From assembly GCA_008632985.1 (NCBI GenBank), contig QPGO01000042.1, forward strand, positions 1 to 64,000: a stretch of DNA of 64,000 bases, given 5' to 3'. Both the position numbers and the translations under genes were made by a program. The notes beneath the pieces are model-generated. The model did not search any database. It was not told where the DNA came from and saw only the letters and a program-made list of their open reading frames with translations. The stretch comes from Psammoneis japonica. Its lineage: Eukaryota. Shown here piece after piece: positions 49,443-63,537 of the stretch; positions within the stretch are counted from its first letter, which is position 1, and every line of letters starts with the position of its first letter.

Positions 49443-50040
49443 ACCGGTGCAGCACTCTGGCAGGTGATTTTGGATGAGAAGTTCCTGCCAGAGCATGTCA
49501 GTTGTGGCGGCCACGAACTGACGAACGAACAGATGGCCCTCCACTCTCTACTCTAGAGCTCTAGCAGCTAACACCGGTAGAGCAGATAGATGCCGGTAGA
49601 AGTAGGTAGATAGAAGTAGATACGGTAGATAGTCTCTCTCTACTCTCTCTCTCTAGAGTAGCTACATAGAGAGAGAGTAGATAGATAGATGGGTGAGATG
49701 ATTACCGTCTGACATGCGTCAGATAGATCGATGCTTTTGGTGTTATGTTGTTTGGTGCAATGTTTGCTGACACGTGGAAGTAATACCGTATGGTACGCAG
49801 AGCGAGGAGCGAGCTCGCTTCTCGCTTCCCCTTCTCGCATCTCACGTGATGCGACATGTTGCCACCATGAACTGCGGGACGTCTATCATACGAATACTTT
49901 GAACTTGTGCTGTACAAGTACAACACAGGACGTGAACCGCTGATTTCGACTCTACTTGACCGTGCTACCAGCACTTGTAGCGAAAAGCTAAACTCAACAC
50001 GAATCATCTGTCGAGACTTCTGAGCGCAGAACCCAGCAAA

Positions 50041-52331
50041 ATGAGCGGAATCAAATCGTTGTTCTCCATGTCATGCGCCGCGACCGTGATTATGTGCTTG
50101 TACGTGGCTATGGCGTTTTTGAACCTCTATAAGCTCATGTATCCGTTGTCCTTGATGGATACTTCCTCCCAGTTCTCATCCAGTGTTGGGACTTTATGGG
50201 ACGAAGCGTCGAGCATGCGCATGAAAGTATACGTGAGCTCGCAAGAGAAGTTTCGGCTAGAGTTTCTGCGGTATGAATTCGATGCACCACAAAACGAGGA
50301 GGGCGAGATTCCGTCCAACTCTGACGTTGCTTTGCTGTGGAAGGAAGATATTCGGGAACCGTCACTTGCAAAGTCCTTCTTGTTGTGTCAGAGCGATGTG
50401 GACGACTCTGCGTGCAAGAACGATGCTTCTTTCAAGTATGCTTCGGATTGGTTGGGTGACGTGGAACGAAGTCATGGACAATACGGAGCTGGTGGTATTT
50501 CGGCAGTACTCTCGTCCGCAGGGGAAGGCATCGAGTCAACAAGTGTGCTTTTGAGCTTGTATCTCGCACAACGAAGCAGGTTGGACGACTCTTTGCTGCA
50601 ATCGGCCACAAACCAAAGGTTGACGAGAATGAAGACCAGGCAGATTCCAGTTCGTCCAGCCCGACAATTGTGAGAATATCGCCATCCTCGCCTCTCTGGT
50701 CTGCCTTGCACAGAAACGAAACGATTCATGTTCACGTTGTGTTGACCAGAAATGACCAAAGCGACGCCTTTGAAAGTTATGAAGAGGCAGCTAAGTCTCT
50801 GATGAGGTCGCAAAGGAGCCACTCACTTCTGTTGGGGCATGTCAATCTCATCAAGTACGACATTCCACACCATATTAGTCAACCCGGTCGGTTGCTCTAT
50901 CGTGATGTCCTTTATCTTGTTAAGCGCTTCGTTGTGCGCGCTACTGATGACTCAACTCCTCCTCCTTGGGACATGGCGTACGCAAAGCCAGAAGACTACA
51001 ACGCATATCGGCAGGCTCTTACTATGAAAGCAGAGGGATCTGGGTATCCTTACTGGAAACCGCAAGTGTCAGTCAAATATGTTAATGAAGATGTGCGCTA
51101 TCCGGCGGAGCTGGCCCATATATCTGGAATGGACTTGGTTCAGTTGAGTGGTAAGACCCCTTTACATCCCACGGGCTATGCAATGCTGCCAGGTCTACAT
51201 GTTGACGAGATGGGACTGACGAGTGAGAAGTACATCCCTCTGAACAGTACTATTACTAGTTTGCCGCTTAGAGTTTCCTTTGATAGGAATGATGCGGTGG
51301 ACCACAGCCGACACACAACTGCTACAGCTGGTGGTATGAGCACGGCTCGATGGCGACTGCTTACCCACTTATCAAAGTCGCTCGAATCTCAGAGAAGTCT
51401 AGGATTTGAGCAATCAGATATCGATGACGTAAGACGCCTGATTGCCGACACCAACGTGACTCTGCTAACGATTACGATGCTTGCCAGTGCGCTTCATCTC
51501 CTATTTGAATTTCTAACGTTCAAAAACGAAGTTTCGTTTTGGAGCCGAAACAAGGACTTGACTGGTCTAAGCGTTCGTGCTTTGTTTCTCGACATGTTGA
51601 GCCAAGTGATCATTTTGTTGTATCTCGTCGAGCAGGACAGCTCGTTACTCATGACGATCCCAACTGCTGCTGGTTGCATGATTGCATTGTGGAAATGCCA
51701 CAAGGCCGCGGGTTTCAAATTTGTCCGTTTTGATGATACCGAGACAAATCGAGATGTTTCTTGGTGGAACGTTTTGCCTCGAATGATTGGGTATGAACTT
51801 CGCGCAACTCGTCTTGAGATTGCTGTTGAGAAAAAGGATAAACAGAAGAAGGGCAACTCCGTCGGTACAAAAACGACTGATCTCAAAGCGCTGACCATTG
51901 AAACGGATAAACTTGCCACACGGACCCTTGGGGCTGCATTGATTCCCGTTGTCCTTGTATACACGTTGTATTCATTCATCTGGGAAGAGCATACGGGATG
52001 GTACTCCTGGCTCATCACATCGGCATCATCGGCGGTCTATGCGCTTGGCTTCGCGCTAATGACGCCTCAGTTATTTCTCAACCACAAGTTGAAATCCGTG
52101 AGCCATCTCCCTTGGCGGGTGCTGATCTACAAGTTTCTCAACACTTTCATTGATGACTTGTTTGCATTCATAATTCGCATGCCGACAATGGCCAGGATAA
52201 GTTGCTTTCGAGATGACGTCGTCTTCATAATGTGTCTTTACCAAAGATGGCTTTATCCTGTTGATACGTCAAGACCAGTTGAAGGGGGTGACGGGGCTGC
52301 GTCTGTGGACGAAGAGAAAAAGAAGAAGTGA
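50041..52331 (+). CDS. CLPTM1-family membrane protein, with an apparent frameshift near 50560
   Basis: LHLLFEFLTFKNEVSFW, MTPQLFLNHKLKSVSHLPW, NTFIDDLFAFII, FRDDVVF and YQRWLYPVD. Confidence 0.88.
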
Positions 52332-52630
52332 AAGTTCTAGTAGTTTAGAACCTGACTGAGTAGTTTTGGAACAATAATAGATAATAGTCTTCAACCTGTT
52401 TCGTGCCTTGCGTTGCAAAACGTGAGGTTGTCGCTGTGTCTGTTGTATGGGTGCATGGCTCCCAACGTCACGTCGCGTACCGGTACCATCGATACTACGT
52501 AGATTTCTACGTACGTGCGCAGGGTAACAAAATCACGCACATTCAACCGTCGCAGTCTGTCCCATCCAAAACACACTGACTTTGCACTTCGCACATCACA
52601 AAAAACAGAACACGAGACCTTGAAGAGACA

Positions 52631-54512
52631 ATGACCCCCGATGACGGCAACACGACCCCTTCGAGAAAGCGAGACACAAATATTCCTCTTCTGACAAGTG
52701 CATTTCTGGCCGCACTGACTACCGGTGGAACCACCTATGCGTTTGGATTGTATGGATCGGCATTAAAGAGGTCTTTAGAATTGTCGCAATCCCAGCTTGA
52801 TACAATATCGTCCGCGACGTTTTGTGCTGGTCTGTTGAGCTGGGCTCCAGGAATGTGCGTAGATAGGTTCGGCCCGCGTTGTTCCATATCAGCTGGTGGT
52901 ATTCTCGGCGCTGTGACTCTGCTTTTGTATTGGGGAGTCGCAACGACTCGAATAGAAGTGGCTCACAGCCTCGTTGTGCCGACATTATCATTTCTGGGTA
53001 TTTGTGTTTTCGTCGCCACCGCTTTGGTTACGGGGAGTGTATTCAAGATTATTGTCGGCACATGTGGTGCTGGAACAAAAGGATCTGCTGTAGGAGCTGC
53101 CAAGGGATACGTTGGTCTTGGCGCCGGTGCGTATGCATGTCTGTTTGCAGCTATGCGCGGCCCCAACGGATCAGACCTTGACTTTCTGCCCATGGCGGCA
53201 TTCTTCGCTGTAGCCGCTGCAACAGTGCCATCGCTGTGTTTTCTTCCTTCAAAAGAAATACTGATGAAGCGGATTGATGCTTCGACACCGCGTCATTTCA
53301 GAGTAGTCTACGCAGGCTTGATTTCACTTGCAACATTAGTGATTGGCACTTCGCTTCTTGAGCTGTACGAAACCCCCGGCGGAGCTGACAATAGCTCTAG
53401 GCACCGAAGCTACGGTATGATCTTTTTGATTGTCATAATTTGGTTTGCGCCAATTCTTTCGATGCTTTGTTTGCCGACTGCAACGCACAGCGTTCTTGTA
53501 AGCGAGGACGACGATGTAGATGAAGCACAAGGAGTTGCTCCTGCTGACAAACCCGTAAAATCAGGTTTCACCGAGGTAAAAACGTCAAGAGACCTACAAG
53601 CTTCTGAAAACCTCGATGATGATCATGATGATGATAGGAGCAGTAGTAGTCGCGGAGACAGCGAAGTTGAGGAGGGCGTAGAACTGCTTACACATGACCC
53701 GGAGGAACCGTTGCCGCGTCGTCGTCAAGAGCAATACACCCTCAGCCAGATGCTTCGTACTGTCCCTGCATGGCTGCTTTTGTGGACCTTTGTTATCCTA
53801 GGAGGGGCTGGAACAATCATGACAAACAACATGGGGCAGATGGTGGAGGCTCTTGAAATGCCACCGGTGACGGCTAGTGCAAGCCTCGCGCTATTTAGTG
53901 TCGCCCAAGCTGCTTCGAGAGTCATTACTGGGGCTGCGTCTGAAGCAGCACTGAATTGGGATATTGGATGTGGTTTCAACCATGGAGTTCCTCGCCCAGC
54001 CTTTCTTATTTTGGCCTCGATCGCTTCGTTCGTGGCGCACTTGCTTCTGGCGGTCGCCACTTCCAGAGTTGTGTTTGTATTTGGAGTGACGCTCTCGGGA
54101 GCTGCATTCGGTATGATCTGGCCATTAATGGTCCTTACCGTTGGAGAATGTTTTGGATCCAACAATGTCGGAGCTAACTACATGTTTTATGACGGAGCCG
54201 CTTCTGCGATAGGTGAGTTTCGGTTATTCGGAGAAGAACTCTGCTGCCTATTCTTATTCCTAACAATGTTTCTTCTCTATCTTGATGGCAGGCACAATTC
54301 TACTGTCAAAATTTCTTGCTCAGGAAGTGTACGAGGATCACATTCAATCGAATGGAGCTGACGGCGGCGACGAACGCACCTGCTATGGCATGGGTTGCTT
54401 CGCGATATCTCATCTTGTAGTCTCTGCTCTCTCGATATCTTGCATCTTCTCAAGTGCCGCAACTGTTTACACAACGAGACACGTCTATCAACGGAACGAA
54501 CATACCTGCTAG
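52631..54512 (+). CDS. MFS transporter, nodulin-like/Mch1 type
   Basis: GTTYAFGLY, GSAVGAAKGYVGLG and FGSNNVGANY motifs with ~12 TM segments. Intron 54213-54291. Confidence 0.85.
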
Positions 54513-55369
54513 ATCATGATTTGTTGCACTTGGTTTTTGGTGTCACAGTTATGTATCCTCGTACAATGCTTCTAGTCCTTTGCTATCGAAAATGATTCAT
54601 CTACTTATACCTCTGGTGCTTCGTGATGCTTCACTGTGGCGTGTGGATGGGTGCATCCGAGACATTGAGAAGAAATGACCTGGCGGTGAAATGTTTGTTG
54701 AAGAGTTTGTGAAGGAGTTGCTGATGAAGCCAACAGCAGTTGGTTGGTTCCAATAGTGATCATAGCCAGCATGACACCAACGGGTATTTGACATTGACAG
54801 GACGAAGCAAAGGACTAGTTTAACAATGTTCCCATATAGGAGTCTAGTACTTTGCACCAGAAAGAAACAATAGAATATCAGTGACCTGTCAAACGAGTCA
54901 AATGCGTGGCTAAACTCTCGACTATTCTCTACTACTAGCAAGGCCCTAGACTCTAGCTAGAGAGGGCCCTACTCTACTGTAGAGACTAAAGTAGAGAGAG
55001 TAGGTAGCTCGTACCATGCGACGGTGCGAAAGCAGACTGTACAAGAAGTAGGAACGGCACGCACGGGGCCGTCATCATCTGACGTCTGCTTTCCCAGCTA
55101 TGTCGAAGTTGTGGTAGTCTATTGTGTGATGTTGTGCTGTTTGATGGATGTGAACTGTGTTTGCCGTTGAACTTCGTCCAAACTTCAGCTTTCGCAATAA
55201 GGCAGTTTCGTGCAGCATTTGTTTTGTTGACCCGCTGAACTGACTTCTGGCATCACCCCAATCGACTGCTCTGGCGGCTAAGCACTGCCCGAGTGAAAGT
55301 GTGAAAACCGGCATCTCAAACCCCAACCTACCGGTACTTGATGGCCAACGTGTGGGCGCCTGGTCTCCA

Positions 55370-56557
55370 ATGATTCGCTCACTCTCTGTCATTGTGATCT
55401 CTACGGCGGCAGTCATAGTCTCTGGGTTTCCCTTTCTTCGCCCCCTTTCTCAGAGGCAACTAAATTCAGTGGTACCACCCGTGAAAAGCCATAGCCACAA
55501 AGAGCTAGAAGGTGTGATATCAAAATTGGACGTTCAGGTATACGACAATGCATTTTCTCGATCAGCTTGCGAACAGATACATGAGCTGGCGATTGATCAC
55601 AGCGTGAGGGGAAATGATGGATCGAGTATATTTTTCAGACCGCCCCACAACGAGAGTCAGCTAAGCCCCCTTGAGAGTATCATCCACAGTGCTTTGGCGT
55701 GTTTGAACGATACATCGAAGACAGTGGAGTACTGGTCTCGAATAGAGTATATGAACATAGATACCCATGCAGATATTGACGAAGTCGAGCTAGAAGACGA
55801 CGGAACCCTTCGATGCCCCGAGGTAGGCCACGTGCTCTACCTGCAGGTCGACCGAGGCTTAAGGGGACCTACTTGTGTGTTTCCAAAGAAAAGGATTGGT
55901 TGGTGTCATAAAAATAACAAGGACAAGGAATTTGTGGACCTGATTACTGTACCTCCCGTCCAGGGTCGTATTCTTCGATTTCCTGGTAGCGCCTTGCATG
56001 CCGTACCTCGGCCAGCACATCGTTGGTTGCTCCCGCAAGAGGAAGAAGAAGCTCTAAGGCTTAACGAGCAGCAGCTACGGTGGGATGACAGCATACTCGA
56101 CGAAGACGACGAGGTTACAAGTCATGAAGATAGCGAGATTGAGACAGAGCGCGAAGAAGAGGAATGCGAAAGATCAGTTCTTCTCTTCAACACCTGGTCA
56201 GAACCACCACCCCGTGGTATTAACAGGGACTATGCGACTGGTGCAGTGCCATTGGGAATCGAGCTTGACGAAGACGGTGATCTCCTTGAACTTCAAGAGC
56301 AACAACGAGTATCTGAATGGGAGCGCAATTTTGGTAAAATATGTTGTAATCCAAAATCGGAGTGGTTGCTGTTACCCATAAATGCATCCGGAGATGATTC
56401 TTACAACCACGAGGTGAGAGTGAACCTCATGGGAAAGCGAATTCGTCGACTGTATCCAACGAAAAGAGTTAGGCTCAGTGGTCCGGACGGTCTTTCGCAA
56501 GCCCTAGAGGAGGAGAGCGTTGTGTCATGGTTGCGTCTTGCTGATAACGGTGTTTAG
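55370..56557 (+). CDS. Hypothetical protein, possibly with a 2OG-Fe(II) oxygenase-like fold and signal peptide
   Basis: Long ORF with EYWSR..THADxDE, LHAVP and RSVLLFNTW. The start is uncertain. Confidence 0.6.
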   Translation: MIRSLSVIVISTAAVIVSGFPFLRPLSQRQLNSVVPPVKSHSHKELEGVISKLDVQVYDNAFSRSACEQIHELAIDHSVRGNDGSSIFFRPPHNESQLSPLESIIHSALACLNDTSKTVEYWSRIEYMNIDTHADIDEVELEDDGTLRCPEVGHVLYLQVDRGLRGPTCVFPKKRIGWCHKNNKDKEFVDLITVPPVQGRILRFPGSALHAVPRPAHRWLLPQEEEEALRLNEQQLRWDDSILDEDDEVTSHEDSEIETEREEEECERSVLLFNTWSEPPPRGINRDYATGAVPLGIELDEDGDLLELQEQQRVSEWERNFGKICCNPKSEWLLLPINASGDDSYNHEVRVNLMGKRIRRLYPTKRVRLSGPDGLSQALEEESVVSWLRLADNGV

Positions 56558-57022
56558 GCCTTTTGGTTTCTAAAGTCTATGGCCTGGGCCGGTTCTTCTG
56601 CTCGCTGTAGCACCAAAGACGTGCTGATTTAGTGAACATAGCTTTCTTGGGTCAACATCGACCTCGCAACAAACAGGATTCGTTTTCCTTAAGAAAGCTA
56701 GAGCTAGCTACTCAAACAACGGCCGAAAGCTTGGGGTCATGCTCCTATATCCAACGGTGGCTTTGGCTGACACGTCTCCTGCCTACAAACGGCCTAGCTC
56801 AAATTGTCATAGTTCGTCAAAATAATGCCATTGATATGGAATGCTTTCATACAGTAACGTACTCTAAGTTCGTAAGGGTCGCCACATCCGTCTGATGGTT
56901 TGGGCGTATCGTGGGTCATTCACGACGAACAGCGCAGAGTTGAATTGGCAGCTAAGCAAAACACGACATTGATTTGTATTACAAGAAGCGCTTCCATTAA
57001 CCAAGCGCATTGTCTATCACAA

Positions 57023-60000
57023 TTAAGCCAGAGATGATTCAACCGTGACGCCTTCACCGCGGACCAGAACTCCCAGGTCGTACACGACCGGTTCACCAGA
57101 AGACGCCAACAGCTCCTTTGTCGCATCCACGTGTTCTGGCTTCAGAATCAAGACCATTCCCACACCACAATTGAAAGTCCGCAACATTTCTCTGTCGTCC
57201 AATCCACTGGCATTTTGCATCCATTTGAAAACACTTGGAAGCGGCGGGTGATCATTGATCTTTGCCCCCAGTCCATCAGGGAGGCTGCGAGGAAGATTCT
57301 CAAGAAGACCGCCACCAGTGATATGCGCTAGTCCGTTGATTAAGTTCTGTTTGATCAATGGTAGGCAGCATTTCACGTATACCTTTGTCGGTGTCAGAAG
57401 CGAGTCCGCAACACTCCCAGAGTCTGCATCCCACGGACAAGGACTTAGATAGTCAAGTTTCTCGTTCTCCAAAAGTTTTCGAACGAGACTGAAACCGTTG
57501 CTGTGTATCCCGCTGCTAGGAAGACCGAGCAACACATCGCCTTCCGCAATATCCTTCGGGAGAATGCGGTTTCTGTCGACGGCACCAACGCTGAAACCAG
57601 CAAGATCGTAATCACCCGGTGCATACATGGATGGCATCTCTGCAGTTTCACCGCCTATGAGTCCGCACCCAGCTTGTCTGCAACCTTCCGCAATGCCTTT
57701 CACAACGGCCGCGGCCTCGTCAATCTCAAGGTGTCCAGTGGCGTAGTAATCCAGGAAGAACAAGGGCTCTCCTCCGGCCACAATCAGGTCATTGACACAC
57801 ATTGCAACTAGGTCAATCCCGACAAAGCCGTGCTTTCTCGTTGACTGCGCGATGCGAAGTTTCGTCCCGACACCATCAGTGGCCCCAATCAATACGGTGC
57901 TAGCACTGTCATAACCTGCAGCTGCAAGATCAAAGAGTCCGCCAAAGCCGCCAAGGTCGGCATCACAACCGAGCCTTCGCGTACTCTTGCACGCTGGTTT
58001 GATCAAGTCGACAAGCGCGTTGCCAGCATCAATGCTCACGCCAGCGTCCTTGTAGCTTATCACTTCGTTTCCACAGTAGAGCTCGATTGCCTCGATAAAA
58101 GCTTTACCCTCAAGAGGTTGCACTTTGGCCTTCAACGACTCGGCAGTCTCGCCGGCTTCGACCTGTCATTCCAAACAAAGGTGAGAGATTGCGAACTGCC
58201 GGGTTCTACACGTGACGCTTATCATACCTTTACTGTTTTCTGGACAACGATCGGGCCACCGTCTACTGCTTCAGTTACTTGATGAATCGTACACCCACTT
58301 TCATCCTCTCCGGCGTCTATTACAGCTTGATGAACCTTCAGTACATCCGTCAATACGTCATGTAAGGAATTCGGTTGTGAAAGTTCACAACAAAGCAGTC
58401 GACTTCATCCACTTACCGCAAGGTCCATGCCCCCAGCATGCTTGGGGAGAAGAGAGGGATGAACATTAATGCATCGTCCAGCCCAGTAGTCAGTGAATGG
58501 TTTCGATAGTATTCGCATATAGCCAACCAGAAGAATAAAATCGACCCCGGCACTGACTAATGTTGCGGTACACTCCGCATCATACGAAGCACGAGACAAC
58601 CCCTTAGAAGAGATGAACTTCGTTGTGACTGACGAACCCAACTTTCTGCCTTTGTCAAGAATGGGAGCAGTTTCCTTGTTGCTAAGCACAGCAACAATCT
58701 CAGCGTGAAGTTCACCGGATGAACATGCCTCGATGACAGGGATTAAGGCAGTTCCTCGAGTTGAGCCCAGAACACCAATACGTAGCTTTTTCTGGATCGC
58801 CTGTTTCGCGATATCCGTCCTAAAGTGCATCAGGGACTCACCACCTGGCCCCTTGAAATCTAATTGGCGAACCCCCTCATAAGCGGACTTCAGTGCATTC
58901 TTTAGATTTTTTCCCATACCAGTTACTGCGAGAACACGCCCACCCGAGCATTGTGTGACACCGTCACCTAGCTTGGTCCCAGCATGATACACTTTCACGT
59001 TATCGATGGAGTTGGCATCACCAAGACCTGTAATTTCCATACCTTTAGGATACTTCTCAGGATAACCCTTTGCTGCACACACGACGGTAGCAGCGGACGT
59101 GTTTTCGGTGAATCGAACATCAACAGTCTCCAGTGTACCGTCACAACACGCCGTGAAAACTTCATACAAATCCGTTTCGAGGAGTGGAAGCACCACCTGC
59201 GTCTCTGGGTCGCCAAAACGACAATTGTATTCGAGCATAGACGGACCAGTCGGTGTCAGCCTGTCACAAGGCACAACATAATTAGCATAGGTTCGAAACG
59301 AATCGACTACTCCAAGCCTGTCATGGTAAAAGTGCCACTTACATTATTCCGGCATAGAGTACACCCACATACGGTGTTCCACGCTCCGCCATCTTTTGAA
59401 CAGTTTTGATGCACATTGCCTCGACCTCCTTCTGCAACGCCGGCGTGACACATGGAGCGGGTGCATACGCGCCCATACCTCCTGTGTTCAATCCCTCATC
59501 ATTGTCAAGTGCGCGCTTGTGGTCCTGTGCTGCTGGCATGAGCACCGCTGTCTTACCGTCGCAAAAGGCAAGGCACGACGCTTCTGGGCCGGTCATGAAG
59601 GATTCAATGACGCAGGTATCGCCAGCGTCGCCAAAGGCCCGGTCTGACATGATCTCCTTGACAGCAGCAATCGTTTCAGCCTTATTATTCGGAATGAGAA
59701 CTCCCTTTCCTGCAGCCAAGCCGGATGCTTTGACCACTTGGCGATCGCTTTCGTCGAGGGATTCAACATAGGCGATCGCTTCGGCAGCGTCTGTGAAGTT
59801 GCGGTACTTGGCTGTTGGAATGTTATGTTCCTGGAGAAAGTCCTTTGTGAACGCCTAGAATGAAAACCAAAGAAGATTATACAATGGCAGGACTGGAGAG
59901 AATTCTAACGGGATGCGAGATATAAGGAACATACCTTGCTGGCTTCAAGCTGGGCAGCAGCTTTCGTCGGTCCAAACGCTCGGACTGCAGGGCATTTCAC

Positions 60001-60827
60001 CTTTAGTACATCAACAAGTCCATCGACAAGGGGCGCTTCTGGTCCCACCACGACCATGTGTGCACCAATACGTTCGACAAGGGCAATGACCGTGGCATTG
60101 TCCTGCTTTCCATTCACACCTTCAGCGTTTGAGATCTTGCCTCCTTCTGTAGCTGTCCCGCCGTTTCCAGGGCAACACACGACGCTTGCCACAAGAGGTG
60201 ATTTTGCTAAGGCAACTGCCAGAGCGTGTTCACGACCACCAGAACCAACAACAATAACAACATCCCTTCGCTTGGTAGGACCCACCACGTCCTTGGCTAC
60301 GAGCTGGTCAAGGTCCCCAAGAGCTAGGAGAGAAGCAGCAGCAATGGCCGACCGAGCGTCTGCATCTCCCGAGAGCGCAGCCAACACACTGTCAATGGTG
60401 GTGGTTGCTCCGACCAGAGCTGATGTCTTGGGGTCGAAGATCGCCACCACAGTGTTTGTGTTGAGAATCTCAGCTCTCACCGCGGCGGCTTCAGAACTGG
60501 ATCCCACATATTCAGTGGCTGTTGGGGGCAAACAGTACAGAAATAGATTCGAGGGATTTTTGTCCGGCTGCGCATCATTCTCAAGAAATATGCGATAGGG
60601 AGCCTGGTTAAGGCCGAGAGATATATTCTGCGAGCGAACGGGAACAATCCTTTCGATGCCTCCTTCTTTCACGGACCGTGTCAGGACATCAAGAACCTGA
60701 AAGCAACAAAAGTACCGCGGACTACAATTAGTGTAAGAATTGAAATCATATCAGTTTTCCACATAAGACGTACCGCGGTTGGAGCTCTCGCCCCAAATCC
60801 TACAACCGTTGCAGTCTTTGACGACAT
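57023..60827 (-). CDS. Multifunctional purine biosynthesis enzyme: N-terminal extension + GARS (PurD) + GART (PurN) + AIRS (PurM)
   Basis: PurD motifs are GSGGREHAL, GPEAPL, KASGLAAGKGV and EYNCRFGDPE. PurN motif is INVHPSLLP. PurM motifs are SYKDAGV, TDGVGTK and GGETAEMP. Six GT-AG introns, including 60697-60773, 58336-58416 and 58163-58227. Confidence 0.95.
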
Positions 60828-61180
60828 GGTGGTGATGATTTGATTCGTTTGTTGTCAGAAGATGCGTAAGCAAGATGCATGATGGATGCGATGATGGTGG
60901 TGGCCGTCGGCCGTTGTTGTTGGCCGGATCTTTTTGTGCACCGGGAGACTTACGGACAGAATGCAACTGGAATCTGGAATCCAGGTAACTCAAGAATTTT
61001 AATCTAACCGACCGCGCGCCAACTGGAACTCAAAAGGCTGTGGGGCCCACCACGCGCCAAAAACTTCAACAAGGTTCTCTTCAAAGAAAAGAATTCGCAT
61101 GGTTTGGTCGCATTGATGTGTTGAGGAGCCGCTGCATTCTACAAATCCTTGACTGCTGGCTTTTCCTTTTCCCCAAGACT

Positions 61181-61846
61181 ATGCGTTATGCCGCCATCAT
61201 ATCAAGCGCTTTCTTTCTGTTCATCTCAGTTTCGACAGCGTCAATGACTGACAGAGCTACAGGGATCACATTTGCTCCTCGAATTGATGACACGAAAGAA
61301 CTGATTGGAGTAGGCTGCCGTAGGAAAGGCCCCATAAAGGTGTACTCGGTTGGCGTTTACTGCGCAACTCCTCTAAAGGAAAAGCTTTCGAGCGTGTCAC
61401 GGAAAGAAGAGAACGGTAGGAAAGCACTGGATACTCTCTGCGAAGGCGCAAAAGATTTTTTCGATGCACCAGAACGCGACGACGGACACGAGGAGGGGAG
61501 ATCGACATCATTTCTACTTCAAATGAACTTTAGGGTTGGATCAGAAAAAATGGCGTCCGCCATTGCGGAATCAGTTTCTCCCAGGCATCTTGGAGATCCT
61601 TCAGAAGTGGAAGAACTCAAAAAGATGATTTTCAATGGAGTCGAAGCCAAAGGTGTGGCGGGAAAGGGTACCGCTATCCAGTTTGACTGTTCTGCTCACG
61701 GATTGGACGTTTCCGTGGACGGGAAAAATCAAGGAAATGTACCGAGCGAAAGACTGGCGAAGGCTTTCTGTGATGTGTATTTAGATGACAATACTGTCAG
61801 CCCGTCGCTTCGGAAAAGCTGTCTGGAGAACTGCTGTGCTCCTTAA
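61181..61846 (+). CDS. Chalcone-isomerase-fold (fatty-acid-binding-like) protein
   Basis: DRATGITF, LIGVGCRRKGPIKVYSVGVY and AFCDVYLDDNTVSPSL, with a signal peptide. Confidence 0.82.
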   Translation: MRYAAIISSAFFLFISVSTASMTDRATGITFAPRIDDTKELIGVGCRRKGPIKVYSVGVYCATPLKEKLSSVSRKEENGRKALDTLCEGAKDFFDAPERDDGHEEGRSTSFLLQMNFRVGSEKMASAIAESVSPRHLGDPSEVEELKKMIFNGVEAKGVAGKGTAIQFDCSAHGLDVSVDGKNQGNVPSERLAKAFCDVYLDDNTVSPSLRKSCLENCCAP

Positions 61847-61966
61847 GCACCCGTATTGGAGTTCCACAGTCGCTACGTACTGTAACCAATCAGTTTTACA
61901 TTAACTTTGTTTGCGCTACCGCTCGTGAAAACTCTCGGTGGCGTTTCAGTCATTAGGGCCCTACAT

Positions 61967-63537
61967 TTAAAGCTCCATTGCGTCGTTTCGCTCCGCAACA
62001 GCCGCTCTTTCCTCTTTCCATGCTTGCGCTCCAAATAACTCTCTTCTAATCTCAGGCGTGATTTTCGGGTGGTAATGCTTCTTCACCACCAGACGAAGTG
62101 CCTCTCTCGCCTCTTCTTTTAACTCGTTCTTGTATCGTTGAGCAAAGACCAAAAGGCATTGGTGCCACAAAACAGGCAAAGCTCGGTCGTCGTCCACAAA
62201 ATCCGCAAAATGTCGAACCAAACTTCCAATTACTGGCGACGGCAACGAGTACTTCTTGTTCAAAAGCGTCTTTATGAAAATTGACGCCGCACCACTATAC
62301 TCCAACTGTGCCAGCTTGTGAATGGCAACTGCAGAATGGTGGACAGGTATCGACACCCGTTGCAGCACAGAGGCGACAATAGCTGCTTCACGCAAGGTGC
62401 AGTTTTCCTTACAGAGGGGCAGAAGAATACCTTTGAAGAATGCAGCGGGCTTGTACACAGCCTTCTTAAGTGCCATATAGTAGTGGTAATTGAGCTTTCG
62501 GTTTGAAACAATATCTGCACGGACGCTGTCCAGCAACACCAAATTGTAGAACCGCTGAGCCATTTTCGGATTCAAATTTGAGGCAAAGATGCGCGTGGCA
62601 GCAAACATCGCCTGTGGAGTCCACATGTCTGGCCGAGTCAAGTACAGGACTTCCTCCCAGTTACTCAAAGACGGGATTACTTTGAACGCCTTTGGCAGCT
62701 TGCCAGAGGTGTAGCGGCTTAATATCTTGCCAATTTCGGTGTAGACCTACAATCCAAAGCGGCAACAGAAAACAAGTCAATGTCGCCATGCGGGAAACTT
62801 TGGGGTATCATAGTCAAAGGCTTACCTCGATCACCTTTGGGGGTAGATCCACCCCGATCTCCTCGTTTTCAACAATATCTCCTCGCTGCCTTGCTTCGTT
62901 CTCTTCGATCTTTTCGAGAATAATATCTGCAAGAGTGCGTCGTTCTTCTCCAGTATTCTGCATCATTGACGCTACGACCGCCTCCTCTTCTGCAGACAAT
63001 CCCGGCGCCCCTTCTACAACAGCGACATAACCCCCATCGCGGTGAATGACGCTATAGTGAAAAGCGCGGACAAAGCCAAAGGTCAGGTCTTTCATTCATT
63101 TTTGATTGCTTTCATTTCATGCTCCCCTATCTGTCCGAATGCACTTACTCATCATCATCGTCGTCGAAATTTACAGACCCTTCGTCTTGTTCTTCTTCCT
63201 CGTCACTGCTGTCCATGGTGGAAGCCTCTAGCTGCCGACGACGAGCGTCGTTGTCAGCAGCAGCCGCCGAGGCACGTCTTGCCGCTTGCGCTTCCTCCTC
63301 TTCAATCTCCAACTGTTGCTCCCGACTCAGCTCTAAAATCCTCCGAGAAGTTTTCTCATCGTACAAGTCTCCTTCGTTCTGTTGGTCCGTCAAGTGTTTG
63401 TATCGACGCTTCGCCCTTGTTCCCGCAACAGCAAACTTGCCTCGATCTTCGTCCTGTTGGATTTGCTGTCCAAGTGGGACATGACGAATAGACTGGCCCT
63501 CGAGAGCAGACGAACGGATTTTCTTTACTTTGGGCAT
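61967..63537 (-). CDS. BYSL: Bystin/Enp1 40S biogenesis factor
   Basis: [49 protein letters not shown] and LPVLWHQ, with two introns. Confidence 0.93.
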
